The position numbers were made by a program, and so were the translations under genes. Under the pieces are notes generated by a model. That model did not search any database, was not told where the DNA came from, and worked only from the letters and a program-made list of their open reading frames with translations. Shown one piece after another: positions 29,401 to 39,401 of a stretch of 64,000 bases of DNA; within the stretch, counting starts at the first letter, position 1; the number at the start of each line of letters is the position of its first letter. Location: IMG/VR virus record IMGVR_UViG_3300031841_004047; one strand, written 5' to 3'. The stretch is from a virus.

Positions 29401-30716
29401 TTAATTCATTCTCTCGGTTTTTAGTTGAAGAAGAAAAAGTAGTCTATTTTGCTTTTGGGCGTATGAACCCTCCTACTATTGGTCATGGTAAACTGATGGA
29501 TAAGCTATCATCGATTGCCGGGAAAAATCCATATTTCTTATATCTTTCTCAATCTCATGATGGTAAAGATAACCCAGTAGATTATAACTCAAAAATTAAA
29601 TTTATTCGTAAGATGTTTCCAAAACATGCTCGTCAAGTCTTACTTAATAAAAATGTAAAGACACCATTTGATGCTTTAAGTAATTTATATAATCAGGGAT
29701 ATAGAAAAGTAGTGATGGTAGCCGGAAGTGATAGAGTAGATGAGTATAAAATTAGACTTAATAAGTATAACGCTTCCAAGGGTTCACATGGTTTCTATAA
29801 CTTTAAAGACGGCATTCAAGTAGTAAGTGCTGGGCAGAGAGATCCGGATAGTTCTGGAGCTGAAGGAGCTTCGGGAACTAAACAAAGAATGTATGCTAAA
29901 GATAACGACTTCGTTAAATTTTCTCAAGGTCTTCCAAAAGATATGTCTAACTCAGACGCAAAGGGTTTATTTAATTCTGTAAGAAAAGGTCTAGGGTTAA
30001 AAGAGGAGACTGAATTTAGAAACGCATTGAAGCTTGATAGCGTATCTGAAAGAAGAGAATCTTTTGTATCCGGTGAATTGTTTAACGTGGGTGACACCGT
30101 TGTCATAACGGAATCTGAAGAAATTGCAACCATAACGTTTAGAGGCTCCAACTACTTAATTCTTGAAAAATCAAACAATACCATCGTTAGAAAATGGTTA
30201 AGCGATGTTGAACCACTCGATGAGGCATATGAGATAGGTACTAAAGATTACGTGATTCATTTAGCAAAAGGCACACCTGGTCAGTATCCTGCCAGTTTTG
30301 ATATTAAGGGTGAACCAAACAAAGCTGATGTAGGAGAAAAAACCACGTCACCTCAAGATCCTGATATTAAAGACAGACCCGGTAGCCAACCTAAAGGTTA
30401 TTATGGAAAAGATGCTAGAGGTAAAGAGATGTCTAAGTCTACCAAGACAGCAAGAGCAAGACATTTTGAAAAGGGTGCTGAAAAAGATTCAAGGGATAGG
30501 TCTGCATATAAGAAAGCACCAGGTGATCATGGTGCTAAAACTAAGTTGAGCAAACACACTATAAAATTTAGACAGATGTATGGTGAAGATGCCATAAAAA
30601 TTGCGCAAGCAAGAATAGACAGAGAAAAAGAATCTGACGCGTTGAAGCATGATCGCATGTTAGATAGAGCAAGGTTGGCAAAGGCTAGAGCAAAGAACAG
30701 GAGTACTAAGCCATGA
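29397..30716 (+). CDS. HxGH-superfamily nucleotidyltransferase (phage cytidylyltransferase-like) with C-terminal extensions
   Basis: FGRMNPPTIGH, VAGSDRV, VVSAGQRDPD, GASGTKQR; leader MINSFSRFLVEE. Confidence 0.8.
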   Translation: MINSFSRFLVEEEKVVYFAFGRMNPPTIGHGKLMDKLSSIAGKNPYFLYLSQSHDGKDNPVDYNSKIKFIRKMFPKHARQVLLNKNVKTPFDALSNLYNQGYRKVVMVAGSDRVDEYKIRLNKYNASKGSHGFYNFKDGIQVVSAGQRDPDSSGAEGASGTKQRMYAKDNDFVKFSQGLPKDMSNSDAKGLFNSVRKGLGLKEETEFRNALKLDSVSERRESFVSGELFNVGDTVVITESEEIATITFRGSNYLILEKSNNTIVRKWLSDVEPLDEAYEIGTKDYVIHLAKGTPGQYPASFDIKGEPNKADVGEKTTSPQDPDIKDRPGSQPKGYYGKDARGKEMSKSTKTARARHFEKGAEKDSRDRSAYKKAPGDHGAKTKLSKHTIKFRQMYGEDAIKIAQARIDREKESDALKHDRMLDRARLAKARAKNRSTKP

Positions 30717-30973
30717 AAACATTTAAGCAGCATAATATCGAAGAAGACGCCACTGCAGCTCTTAAGAAAAAAGCAGAAAAGTCTGGTATGCCGCTTGGTG
30801 TGCTAAGACAAGTCTATAATCGTGGAGTTGCTGCTTGGAGAACTGGCCATAGACCCGGTACTACTCCTGAACAATGGGGACATGCCAGAGTTAATTCATT
30901 CGTCACTAAATCATCAGGCACATGGGGTAAAGCAGACAAAGATCTGGCTGATAAAGTAAGAGGTAAAAAATGA
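30713..30973 (+). CDS. Small conserved viral protein with targeting-like leader (MKTFKQHNIEE)
   Basis: LRQVYNRGVAAW...QWGHARVNSF motif. Confidence 0.7.
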   Translation: MKTFKQHNIEEDATAALKKKAEKSGMPLGVLRQVYNRGVAAWRTGHRPGTTPEQWGHARVNSFVTKSSGTWGKADKDLADKVRGKK

Positions 30974-32274
30974 AACAAGAATTCGATGATATCTACGTAT
31001 CAGAAGCAGTAGATGCTGGTGAATACGACTACGAAGGTGACATGGCGAAGACTCAGCTGGTCACTATCGCCGACGCTGCTGAAGAGCTCCATGACATGCT
31101 TGAAGATGATGAAAATCTTCCGGAATGGTGTCAGAACAAAATCACTAAAGCGATGGATTACCTCGATACCGTTCGTGACTATATGATAGCGAAAGATACT
31201 GATGAAGAACCCGGCGATGAAAATCCAAATGAAGCCGTAGTTAATGAAGGTAACATGGCATCAGCAGCAAAAGAGTTGGAAGCTTATGCACGTAAGTCCG
31301 GTGGAATTGATAAAAATGACTTTATTAAAGCGGCTATGATGATGAAAAGAAATCAAAAGAAACAGCTTGATAAGTTTGTAGATGAGTTGGACACAGAACC
31401 ACGTGAAAAGATTCAATCGGTCATGCAGAAACATATCAAAGAAGCGAAGCTTTCTGATGCAGAAAAAAGTGAATTAGAAGATCTTATTTTAGGTCTCAAA
31501 ATTTATTCTGATCCATATTCAATGAATCCACAATACAAATATGTTAAACCAACATTAGATAAGATTAAAAAGAAATTTGGTGATAAGATTTATAACGACC
31601 TTAAAAAAGCAGTAGATTCTGGTAATTGGCATTCGCCAAAGTATGGTATGGCTCGTGGTACATATGGGGCAGACAGACTAGCGTGGAAAAAACCAACCAC
31701 TATCAAAAAAGATGGTAAAATAGACGCACGTTCGGCTAAATCAACTAAAAGATCCATTAAATACAACCTGAAAAGTACACCTAAAGACCCTAAGAGACTT
31801 GGTGAAGAAAATACAAATGCATCAGTAAAAATAGAACTTGATGAAAAGATTCAATCGGTCATGCAGAAACATATCAAAGAAGCTTATAGTGAACCACAAG
31901 GCCAAGCTAAAAGAATGATGTCTCCTTTGAAAAAAATGAGAATGGACAAAGAGAAAAAAGATAGAGATAGTGATGGTAAACTAAAACCAGGTGTTATCGT
32001 AAAAAAAGAACAAGTTGAAGAAGGTGGAATGAAGCGTATAGCTCAAGCGCAGGGTGGCACAAAGCAGGATAGAAGTGACGCTGCCATTAATAAAGGTGGT
32101 CTTCAAACATTTAAAAAGAAACCAACAACTGAAAAGCTCAAAGTATCTGATGGAGTTGGCGCTTGGATTGAAGACTTCTATAAAAGTAACGCTCCACAAT
32201 TTAAGGGTAAGTCAAGAGAAGAACGGCGTGATATGGCTTTAGCCGCTTACTTATCAGCTAAGAAAGGTGACTAA
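30970..32274 (+). CDS. Modular internal-head-type protein
   Basis: EYDYEGDMAKTQL...LPEWCQNKITKA module; modules bounded by [IVL]xE motifs; internal 42-bp direct repeat. Confidence 0.7.
   Translation: MKQEFDDIYVSEAVDAGEYDYEGDMAKTQLVTIADAAEELHDMLEDDENLPEWCQNKITKAMDYLDTVRDYMIAKDTDEEPGDENPNEAVVNEGNMASAAKELEAYARKSGGIDKNDFIKAAMMMKRNQKKQLDKFVDELDTEPREKIQSVMQKHIKEAKLSDAEKSELEDLILGLKIYSDPYSMNPQYKYVKPTLDKIKKKFGDKIYNDLKKAVDSGNWHSPKYGMARGTYGADRLAWKKPTTIKKDGKIDARSAKSTKRSIKYNLKSTPKDPKRLGEENTNASVKIELDEKIQSVMQKHIKEAYSEPQGQAKRMMSPLKKMRMDKEKKDRDSDGKLKPGVIVKKEQVEEGGMKRIAQAQGGTKQDRSDAAINKGGLQTFKKKPTTEKLKVSDGVGAWIEDFYKSNAPQFKGKSREERRDMALAAYLSAKKGD
31404..31883 (+). repeat. Perfect 42-bp direct repeat (31404-31445 and 31842-31883)
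   Basis: tgaaaagattcaatcggtcatgcagaaacatatcaaagaagc occurs twice in frame (EKIQSVMQKHIKEA). Confidence 0.9.
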
Positions 32275-32625
32275 ATGAAAACGTTTAATAGGTTCGTTAG
32301 CATAGATGATCACTGCGAGAACTGTAATCTTTATGAGGATTTAGAAATTACAGAAGCCGAGTATCAGGGTAAGAAAGTTAAGTTAAATGATCCAATTAGA
32401 ACTTCTGAAAATCCAAGTAAGAAGTTCAAAGTATATACGAAGGGTCCAAACGGTAACGTTGTAGTTGTTCGGTTCGGTGATCCAAACATGGAGATTAAAA
32501 GAGATGATCCTAAGAGGAGAGCTTCCTTCCGTGCTAGACATAACTGTGATGATCCCGGACCTAAATGGAAAGCAAGATACTGGTCGTGTTATCAATGGAG
32601 AGGCGGAGCGAAAGTAGACAACTAG
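32275..32625 (+). CDS. Conserved viral hypothetical protein with targeting-like leader (MKTFNRFV)
   Basis: RFGDPNMEIKRDDPKRRASFRARHNC...KARYWSC motif. Confidence 0.75.
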   Translation: MKTFNRFVSIDDHCENCNLYEDLEITEAEYQGKKVKLNDPIRTSENPSKKFKVYTKGPNGNVVVVRFGDPNMEIKRDDPKRRASFRARHNCDDPGPKWKARYWSCYQWRGGAKVDN

Positions 32626-32661
32626 TAATAAATACTGATGTAACAAAGGAAAAGTAAAAGT

Positions 32662-35600
32662 ATGTCAAAGGCCAGTTTATTTTCCAAGCTCGCTGCCGGG
32701 GAAGGAAACCTAATACCAGATTCCGATGAGGGTCGTGATCTTGGTTCCGCATCAAAAAAATGGAAAGACTTATATCTTTCCGGTAGCTCACTTATTCTTG
32801 GAAATGTAACACTTAAAGATTCTGGTGGCTCGCCCACTTTTGTCAATGCAGGAGGGGATCCTGTAAAGATTGACCTGTCTGCTATGACAACCGCGGATCT
32901 TTCCGAAGATGCCAATTTTCCATACTTTACAAACACAAGAGCAAGATCTGCGTTTTCCATTCAATCTGGTAATTATAATTATGATTCTGCAACTGGTGTT
33001 ATTACAATACCAGAAACTACAGATCATATCACTGAGGGGTCAAACTTATATTATACAAATACAAGAGTAGAAACACTAGTCAATCCAATGATAGACTCAG
33101 CAATAAATGCTCTTGTTAATGGCGCGCCAGGGCAACTTAACACACTTGACGAACTTGCAGCTGCATTAAATGACGATTCTGATTTCGCCAACACAGTAAC
33201 TGCTAATATAGCAACAAAGCTTCCGATAAGACATGATATTACAGTCACTGTAGCAAGCGGTACTAATGAGTATGGAACTGGCAATAAATATCATTTTGAA
33301 GGAGTAGTAAGTCCTTACTTACATCTTCAACCGGGTAGAACATACAGGTTTGATCAATCAGACGCATCAAACTCTGGTCACCCTTTAAGGTTTTCTACAA
33401 ATGCAAACAATAGCCCCAGTGCCACGTATTCTACTGGTGTAACAGTAGTTGGAACTCCGGGTTCTTCTGGAGCATACACGGAGATTGCTGTTACCGCAGG
33501 CACGCCACCTCTACACTACTACTGTACTAATCATTCCGGTATGGGTGCTTCTTCACCAGCTGGATCTATTTTTGACGGACAATGGTCTAGTCTTACAGGT
33601 ACTCCTACTACAATATCAGGCTACGGTATCACTGATGCGTTTGACGGAGCTTTTAGTTCTTTATCTGGTACTCCTACTACAATATCAGGCTACGGTATCA
33701 CTGATGCGTTTGACGGTCAGTACTCATCATTGACTGGTGCACCAACAACTTATGCTTGGTCTACAATTACTGCAACACCAACTACAATATCTGGTTACGG
33801 TATTACTGATGCTCAAGCTACATTAGTGTCTGGAACCAACATTAAAACCATCAATGGTAATACACTTCTTGGTTCGGGTGATCTCGTTATAAGTGGTGGT
33901 GGTTCCGGAGGAACGGATTCAGCAACTGTTTCAGCCATTATCTTAGCCGACGTTGACTCGGCCTATGTTCAAGCTAGACAGTCTGGTGGTGGTTCTGGTA
34001 TTAGTTTATCGGAAGCAAGAGCCGGTATATCTGTTACTACAGGATCCGCATCTGGCGGAGGTACTTTATCATATGATAATACTACCGGTGTTCTAACATT
34101 TCAACCGTCTACGAATACTGGGGGCGGTGGAAGTGGTACAGTAGATTCAGCTCAAACAATATCTCTTATTACAAGTACTATAGACTCTGCATATGTTCAA
34201 GCAAGAGAAGCTGGAGCGGCATTATTTAGTGTAAACGGCGGCGTTGATACATTTAAATTTACGTCTGACTCTGGACAGACTACATTTACTGGAGCGGACA
34301 GCGCAGGTAACACTCTATCGTTTGATCCAATAAACGTTAATGTTTTCTTAAACGGTATCTTCCTACAAAAAGGGGTTGATTATACCACGACTGGAAACAA
34401 CACTATTACGTTTATACCCGGTCTTGATATAAATCAAGATGTTATAATTCAAAACATAGATGTAAAATCTTCTTCAGCTCTTGTATCAGGCGGCGTAAAC
34501 ACGTATGTGTACACGGCTGACTCGGCACAAACAGTGTTCAATGGAGCAGACGGGTCAGGTAACACTTTACAGTTTACTGGAAATAATATTGTAGCATACT
34601 TAAACGGTGTTTTACTTCAACGCAGTGCTGATTATAATTTATCAAATGAAAATACTCTTACACTGACGTTTGATGCTGCAACTGGTGATGAAATTTCAAT
34701 CGTATCATTTGATCCTACGAGCACTGATAACTTAGCATCCTACTTTGATTCAAATTATATTACAAGTAGAGTTAATTCTTTATATCCGGCTCGTGGTTCA
34801 GTAGAAAATTTCTTCTATACAGCAACAGAAGGTCAGCTAACATTCAGTGGAAATGATGCAAATGGTAATCCATTGCAGTTTAGTCAAGACAATAAAAATG
34901 TATTAGTCTCAGTAAACGGTGTTCTCTTAATTCAAGGTACAGACTACACAACGAGTGCTTCAACTAATACTCTTACTCTTGTAGACTCGGCAGCCGCTGG
35001 AGATCAGGTTTATATCAATACATTCTCTACATTATTTAAATCAACTGGTCTTGATTCTGCTGATATGGAAAAAGTAATCGATTCCGACTTTATAACGAGT
35101 AGAATTAGTGGAATTTATCCTATAACAAATACTGTTACAAGATTTAAGTTTACTTCGGATTCTAATCAATCTATATTTACTGGAGCAGACAGTGCTGGTA
35201 ATGTATTATCATTTGATAACCAGAACGTTAATGTATTCTTAAACGGCATATTCTTAGAGAAAGATGCTGATTATACTGTCTCTGGTGGTAACACAATTAC
35301 AATGACACCGCCGCTTCCTATAGATCAAGATGTAGTAATACAAAACTTTACGATTAGATCACAAGCAGTTGTAGATTCATCAACGATTCTTGATGTTCTT
35401 AATGATGGTGTTCTACAGTCACAGGTTGATTCGGCATACATCACACAGAGAATGGGGGCGATATACGGCGGAGCAAGATCAGTAGACAAATTCTTCTTTA
35501 CATCAACTGAAGGACAATCTACTTTCACTGGAGCTGACAGTGCAGGTAACACTCTGTACTTTACTTCTGGAGCTGAAAACGTATTCCTTAACGGAATCTA

Positions 35601-36627
35601 TTTACAGAGCGGTCTAGATTATAGTACTTCAGGCACTGGATCCATAACGATTCTTGATTCTCTTAATGCTGGTCAAAAACTAATAGTTAACAACTTTGAT
35701 ACTAAGTTTGCGGTAGATTTAGCAACATCCGTTGTAGACTCGTCATATGTTATAGCAAGAATACCAAGACATTCTGCTAACGCTAACATTGATACCTTTA
35801 AGTTTACGACCGCAACTCCTGCTACATCAATATCCGGTAATGACTCAGCTGGTAACACTCTATCGTTTGATTCAGACGCTATGCTGGTGTTCTATAATGG
35901 TATCAACCTGATTAAAGGCGATGACTTTACAACCACTGGTAACACAATAAACTTAACGACTTCGACAGATTCCGGTGGTGAGATCGCTGTTTATAGCTTC
36001 GATAAGTATTTCCAAACTCAGTTGAGTTCTATTGATTCAGCCTATGTTACAGCAAGAATACCACAGTATGGTGCTACTTCTACGGTTGATCGTTATAGGT
36101 TTGTTGCAACTGCAAACCAAACGGTATTTAGTGGAACAGACACCGACGGTGGAACACTTTCTTACACGGCTAATCAAGTTCAAGTATTCTTAAACGGTAT
36201 CTTACTTACACCCACTACAGATTATACCGCTTCGAATGGAACTTCAATAACGTTAACAGATCCAGCTGATGCAGGATTTGAAATTATCGTATATGATTAT
36301 ACAAAACAATTTAATGTTAACGTTATTGAGCCAAGTAGCGTTAGTTGGCAGATTGTTACTACTACACCGTTTACCGCTCCTTCAAACTCTAAATTAATTG
36401 TTAACACTTCATCACCGAAAACTATTAATCTTCCGACATCGCCTTCTTTAGGAAATGAAATAAGAATAGTTGACGGTGATGGAACAGCAGCTACTAATAA
36501 TATTACTATTTCTTCACCGGATAAAATTATAGGCAGTGATTCAGATCTTATTATAGATATAAATGAAGCAAACATTGAGCTTGTTTATTATAATGCAACT
36601 CGTGGTTGGATACTAACAGATAAGTAG
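32662..36627 (+). CDS. Long tail-fibre/baseplate-like protein with cupredoxin-like domain and about 7 beta-rich repeats
   Basis: YRFDQSDASNSGHPLRF...YYCTNHSGMG domain, TPTTISGYGITDA repeats, repeats FTxxxGQTxFTGADSAGNxLxF...VFLNG...DY, C-terminal INLPTSPSLGNEIRIVD. Confidence 0.8.
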   Translation: MSKASLFSKLAAGEGNLIPDSDEGRDLGSASKKWKDLYLSGSSLILGNVTLKDSGGSPTFVNAGGDPVKIDLSAMTTADLSEDANFPYFTNTRARSAFSIQSGNYNYDSATGVITIPETTDHITEGSNLYYTNTRVETLVNPMIDSAINALVNGAPGQLNTLDELAAALNDDSDFANTVTANIATKLPIRHDITVTVASGTNEYGTGNKYHFEGVVSPYLHLQPGRTYRFDQSDASNSGHPLRFSTNANNSPSATYSTGVTVVGTPGSSGAYTEIAVTAGTPPLHYYCTNHSGMGASSPAGSIFDGQWSSLTGTPTTISGYGITDAFDGAFSSLSGTPTTISGYGITDAFDGQYSSLTGAPTTYAWSTITATPTTISGYGITDAQATLVSGTNIKTINGNTLLGSGDLVISGGGSGGTDSATVSAIILADVDSAYVQARQSGGGSGISLSEARAGISVTTGSASGGGTLSYDNTTGVLTFQPSTNTGGGGSGTVDSAQTISLITSTIDSAYVQAREAGAALFSVNGGVDTFKFTSDSGQTTFTGADSAGNTLSFDPINVNVFLNGIFLQKGVDYTTTGNNTITFIPGLDINQDVIIQNIDVKSSSALVSGGVNTYVYTADSAQTVFNGADGSGNTLQFTGNNIVAYLNGVLLQRSADYNLSNENTLTLTFDAATGDEISIVSFDPTSTDNLASYFDSNYITSRVNSLYPARGSVENFFYTATEGQLTFSGNDANGNPLQFSQDNKNVLVSVNGVLLIQGTDYTTSASTNTLTLVDSAAAGDQVYINTFSTLFKSTGLDSADMEKVIDSDFITSRISGIYPITNTVTRFKFTSDSNQSIFTGADSAGNVLSFDNQNVNVFLNGIFLEKDADYTVSGGNTITMTPPLPIDQDVVIQNFTIRSQAVVDSSTILDVLNDGVLQSQVDSAYITQRMGAIYGGARSVDKFFFTSTEGQSTFTGADSAGNTLYFTSGAENVFLNGIYLQSGLDYSTSGTGSITILDSLNAGQKLIVNNFDTKFAVDLATSVVDSSYVIARIPRHSANANIDTFKFTTATPATSISGNDSAGNTLSFDSDAMLVFYNGINLIKGDDFTTTGNTINLTTSTDSGGEIAVYSFDKYFQTQLSSIDSAYVTARIPQYGATSTVDRYRFVATANQTVFSGTDTDGGTLSYTANQVQVFLNGILLTPTTDYTASNGTSITLTDPADAGFEIIVYDYTKQFNVNVIEPSSVSWQIVTTTPFTAPSNSKLIVNTSSPKTINLPTSPSLGNEIRIVDGDGTAATNNITISSPDKIIGSDSDLIIDINEANIELVYYNATRGWILTDK
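33598..33716 (+). repeat. 50-bp identical repeat at 69-bp period (33598-33647, 33667-33716)
   Basis: Encodes GTPTTISGYGITDAFDG fibre repeats; a third, degenerate copy follows. Confidence 0.85.
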
Positions 36628-36633
36628 GTAAAT

Positions 36634-37935
36634 ATGGCAAGATTATCAGACATAAAAACTAACGAGATTACTGAAGACCTAGGAGTAAGCGGTAGTGCTT
36701 CTCCTGTTGTTAATGCTGCAGCTTTACCTACTACGGGTAATACTGTTGGTGATTTTAAAATTACAGAAGATAATAAAGCATTATATGTATGGAATGGAAT
36801 AGAATGGGATAGAATTTATTCTGGTGCTCAAGAAAACGTAGAATGGACTACAGAACCACCTGACCTATTAAAATTAAGTAATAATGGATCTACATCTACA
36901 CTAACAGGTATTGCCAGTGATCCAGATTCTTTTCCTATACATTATACGTATGATATGAATCCGTCTAATCCATTACAAGTTACAAATGTAGTTAATAATA
37001 GTGATGGAACATATACTTTAACACCATCAACAAATGAAAACCACGCAGGTTCTTTTATTTTTAGATCAAAAGCAAATGATGGAACATCGGTAATAAAAAA
37101 GAGTACAACCGTTGATCTTAGCTTCGTATATAGTAGTATTGGAGCAGCATATACCGCTGGAAAAGCAGATGGCGTCTACGATTTTCAAGTGACTGGTGTT
37201 AATAATGATCAACCATTCAGTGCTAGATATGCATCTTATAACAATAAAGGATGGATTGAAATACTGTTTTGTGAAGTTGCAGATAGAAGCCATCCGTTTG
37301 GTGGTACTTCTGGTTCAAATTATAATGCAAACGAAGCCTGGGATGCTACTTCTAATTCTGGTTGGGATAATACAAAATCTCATGTAATCGGTTATATGAA
37401 ATCTCATAGAAATACTGTTGCTACAATGGGTCCAAACGCCACGGCGGCAGGTGGGTTAGACTACACCGCGAGTAGCGCGTTTATGATGTTAGGGCCCAAC
37501 ATTAGTGCTACAGATATCTTATTTACTACAAAAAGTAGTAAAACAGCAAATGGTGTAGCTGCAACAGGCGCTAATCAAAATAGTGAATATCCAGCACTTG
37601 CATCTACAGGAATTACTAGTGCTTCGGTTCGAACCCAACTCATAGACTACTTTACTGGAAATGGTCGTGGATTTCAAGCTTACAGTGGATGGGACAACAA
37701 GACTGCAAATTTGGGAATAACTTTAACCACTAGAGATAATTCTGCTAGGGATCCAACTCACTGGATGATAGTAACTGGTAGGACTTCTTCATCAACTTTT
37801 TTTCCAAACTATGGATTTAGAGACGATCCGACGTATGGTGGATCGAATGTTGGTAACTGGGAAGACACTACAACACAAAAAACATATCCAATTAGTTCTA
37901 CAAACGTTATGAGTATATGGATAACAGACGGTTAA
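36634..37935 (+). CDS. Divergent stalk + unknown head appendage protein
   Basis: LPTTGNxxGD...YVWNGxEWDRI and ASDPDSFPIHY cadherin-like stalk; unique C-terminal domain. Confidence 0.75.
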   Translation: MARLSDIKTNEITEDLGVSGSASPVVNAAALPTTGNTVGDFKITEDNKALYVWNGIEWDRIYSGAQENVEWTTEPPDLLKLSNNGSTSTLTGIASDPDSFPIHYTYDMNPSNPLQVTNVVNNSDGTYTLTPSTNENHAGSFIFRSKANDGTSVIKKSTTVDLSFVYSSIGAAYTAGKADGVYDFQVTGVNNDQPFSARYASYNNKGWIEILFCEVADRSHPFGGTSGSNYNANEAWDATSNSGWDNTKSHVIGYMKSHRNTVATMGPNATAAGGLDYTASSAFMMLGPNISATDILFTTKSSKTANGVAATGANQNSEYPALASTGITSASVRTQLIDYFTGNGRGFQAYSGWDNKTANLGITLTTRDNSARDPTHWMIVTGRTSSSTFFPNYGFRDDPTYGGSNVGNWEDTTTQKTYPISSTNVMSIWITDG

Positions 37936-37948
37936 TAGGGAATAAAAA

Positions 37949-39358
37949 ATGGCAACTAGAGCAAGAAACTTAGCAAACTTACTTGGAAGCGGTTCTAGGA
38001 CTGAGTTGACTATACCCGTATCATCGATACCAGAAGGTGTAGGCGGCGCTGCCCCTGTAGCTAATGACGCTGCTTTACCTACAACCGGTAACTCAACTGG
38101 GGATCTTAAATTTAATGAGGCCAAGAAAACAGTTCATGTTTGGGATGGTACAGAATGGGACAGAATTTCTAGTGGAATAGATGAAAGTCCAATTATACTA
38201 ACAGAACCACCAACATCACACAATCTTAATTTTGATGGCACTACTAGTACCGTTACAATGGTTGCAGAAGACCCAGAAGGATTTGATATATCGTATGATA
38301 TTGTTTATAAAAATACAGGAAATACAAGACCATCTCAACTTTCTACAGACACCACAGTAAATACAAGTGGAGTTTATACATTTACTCCAACCACAAATCA
38401 GGCCGATGAGGGAAATTTCACTGCAAGATTAAGTGCATCTGATGGAATAAAAACCACTACTAGATTTGTAGATTTTACACTTGCATTTCCTTTTACTTCA
38501 GATGAAGTTCTTATTGTTGCTGGTGGTGGTTCGGGTGGTCAAGGCGGCGGTGGCGGTGCAGGCGGCCTTCTTTACTTTGGAACAAATACCACTCCCAAAA
38601 CTCCAAATGGCAGTGCTCCAGTGTTTCGGAAACATGTTCCATATACAATAACGGTTGGAGATGGCGGCAATATCAATAATTTTGGGCCCTTAGGTTGGGG
38701 TGGTGAGCATGGTAAAAATAGTTTAATAAGTGGAGATGGATTAACCACATCTACCTATACTGCAATTGGCGGTGGTGGCGGCGCAGCCGGCAATTACACA
38801 AATGGTTCTAATAATAGCGCAGGATTTATTGGTGGTGACGGTGGTTCTGGTGGAGGTGGTGGCGGTAACTACGCAGGAAGCGGACCCTTAATGCCTGGTG
38901 GTTCTGGAATTTCTGGACAGGGTTATGATGGTGGAGCTGGGTCGGCGGTAGCAAACAGTCCCGCCGGTGCTGGCGGCGGTGCTGGTGCTGTAGGTGGCGA
39001 CCATACTACAAAAGTTGGTGGTGTTGGATTAGAGTACGACATCACTGGAACCGCTACTTATTATGCTGGCGGTGGCGGCGGTGGCAGTTATAATGCTGGT
39101 GAAGGTTCAGGCGGCCTTGGTGGAGGTGGTGCTGGTTTTACACACAACACCTACAATACCACTACAGATGATGGAACTCCAAACACAGGTGGCGGTGGAG
39201 GTGGTGGTTCTGGTTCCAATTCTAATGGTGGCTCTGGCATTGTAATTATAAAAATACCAAATGTTATAACCGCAACAGGAACTGGTTTTACTGAAACCAC
39301 CACTGGCAATTCAAAGGTCTTATCCTTCACTTCTTCTGGAAGTGTGATATTTAGTTAA
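37949..39358 (+). CDS. Divergent stalk + glycine-rich head appendage protein
   Basis: Stalk with AEDPEGFDISY...SASDG; head VLIVAGGGSGG...GGGGAGG...GGSGIVII. Confidence 0.8.
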   Translation: MATRARNLANLLGSGSRTELTIPVSSIPEGVGGAAPVANDAALPTTGNSTGDLKFNEAKKTVHVWDGTEWDRISSGIDESPIILTEPPTSHNLNFDGTTSTVTMVAEDPEGFDISYDIVYKNTGNTRPSQLSTDTTVNTSGVYTFTPTTNQADEGNFTARLSASDGIKTTTRFVDFTLAFPFTSDEVLIVAGGGSGGQGGGGGAGGLLYFGTNTTPKTPNGSAPVFRKHVPYTITVGDGGNINNFGPLGWGGEHGKNSLISGDGLTTSTYTAIGGGGGAAGNYTNGSNNSAGFIGGDGGSGGGGGGNYAGSGPLMPGGSGISGQGYDGGAGSAVANSPAGAGGGAGAVGGDHTTKVGGVGLEYDITGTATYYAGGGGGGSYNAGEGSGGLGGGGAGFTHNTYNTTTDDGTPNTGGGGGGGSGSNSNGGSGIVIIKIPNVITATGTGFTETTTGNSKVLSFTSSGSVIFS

Positions 39359-39401
39359 ATATTTGATAACTATCAAGATGTTAATACTTAGGGAATAAAA
39401 A

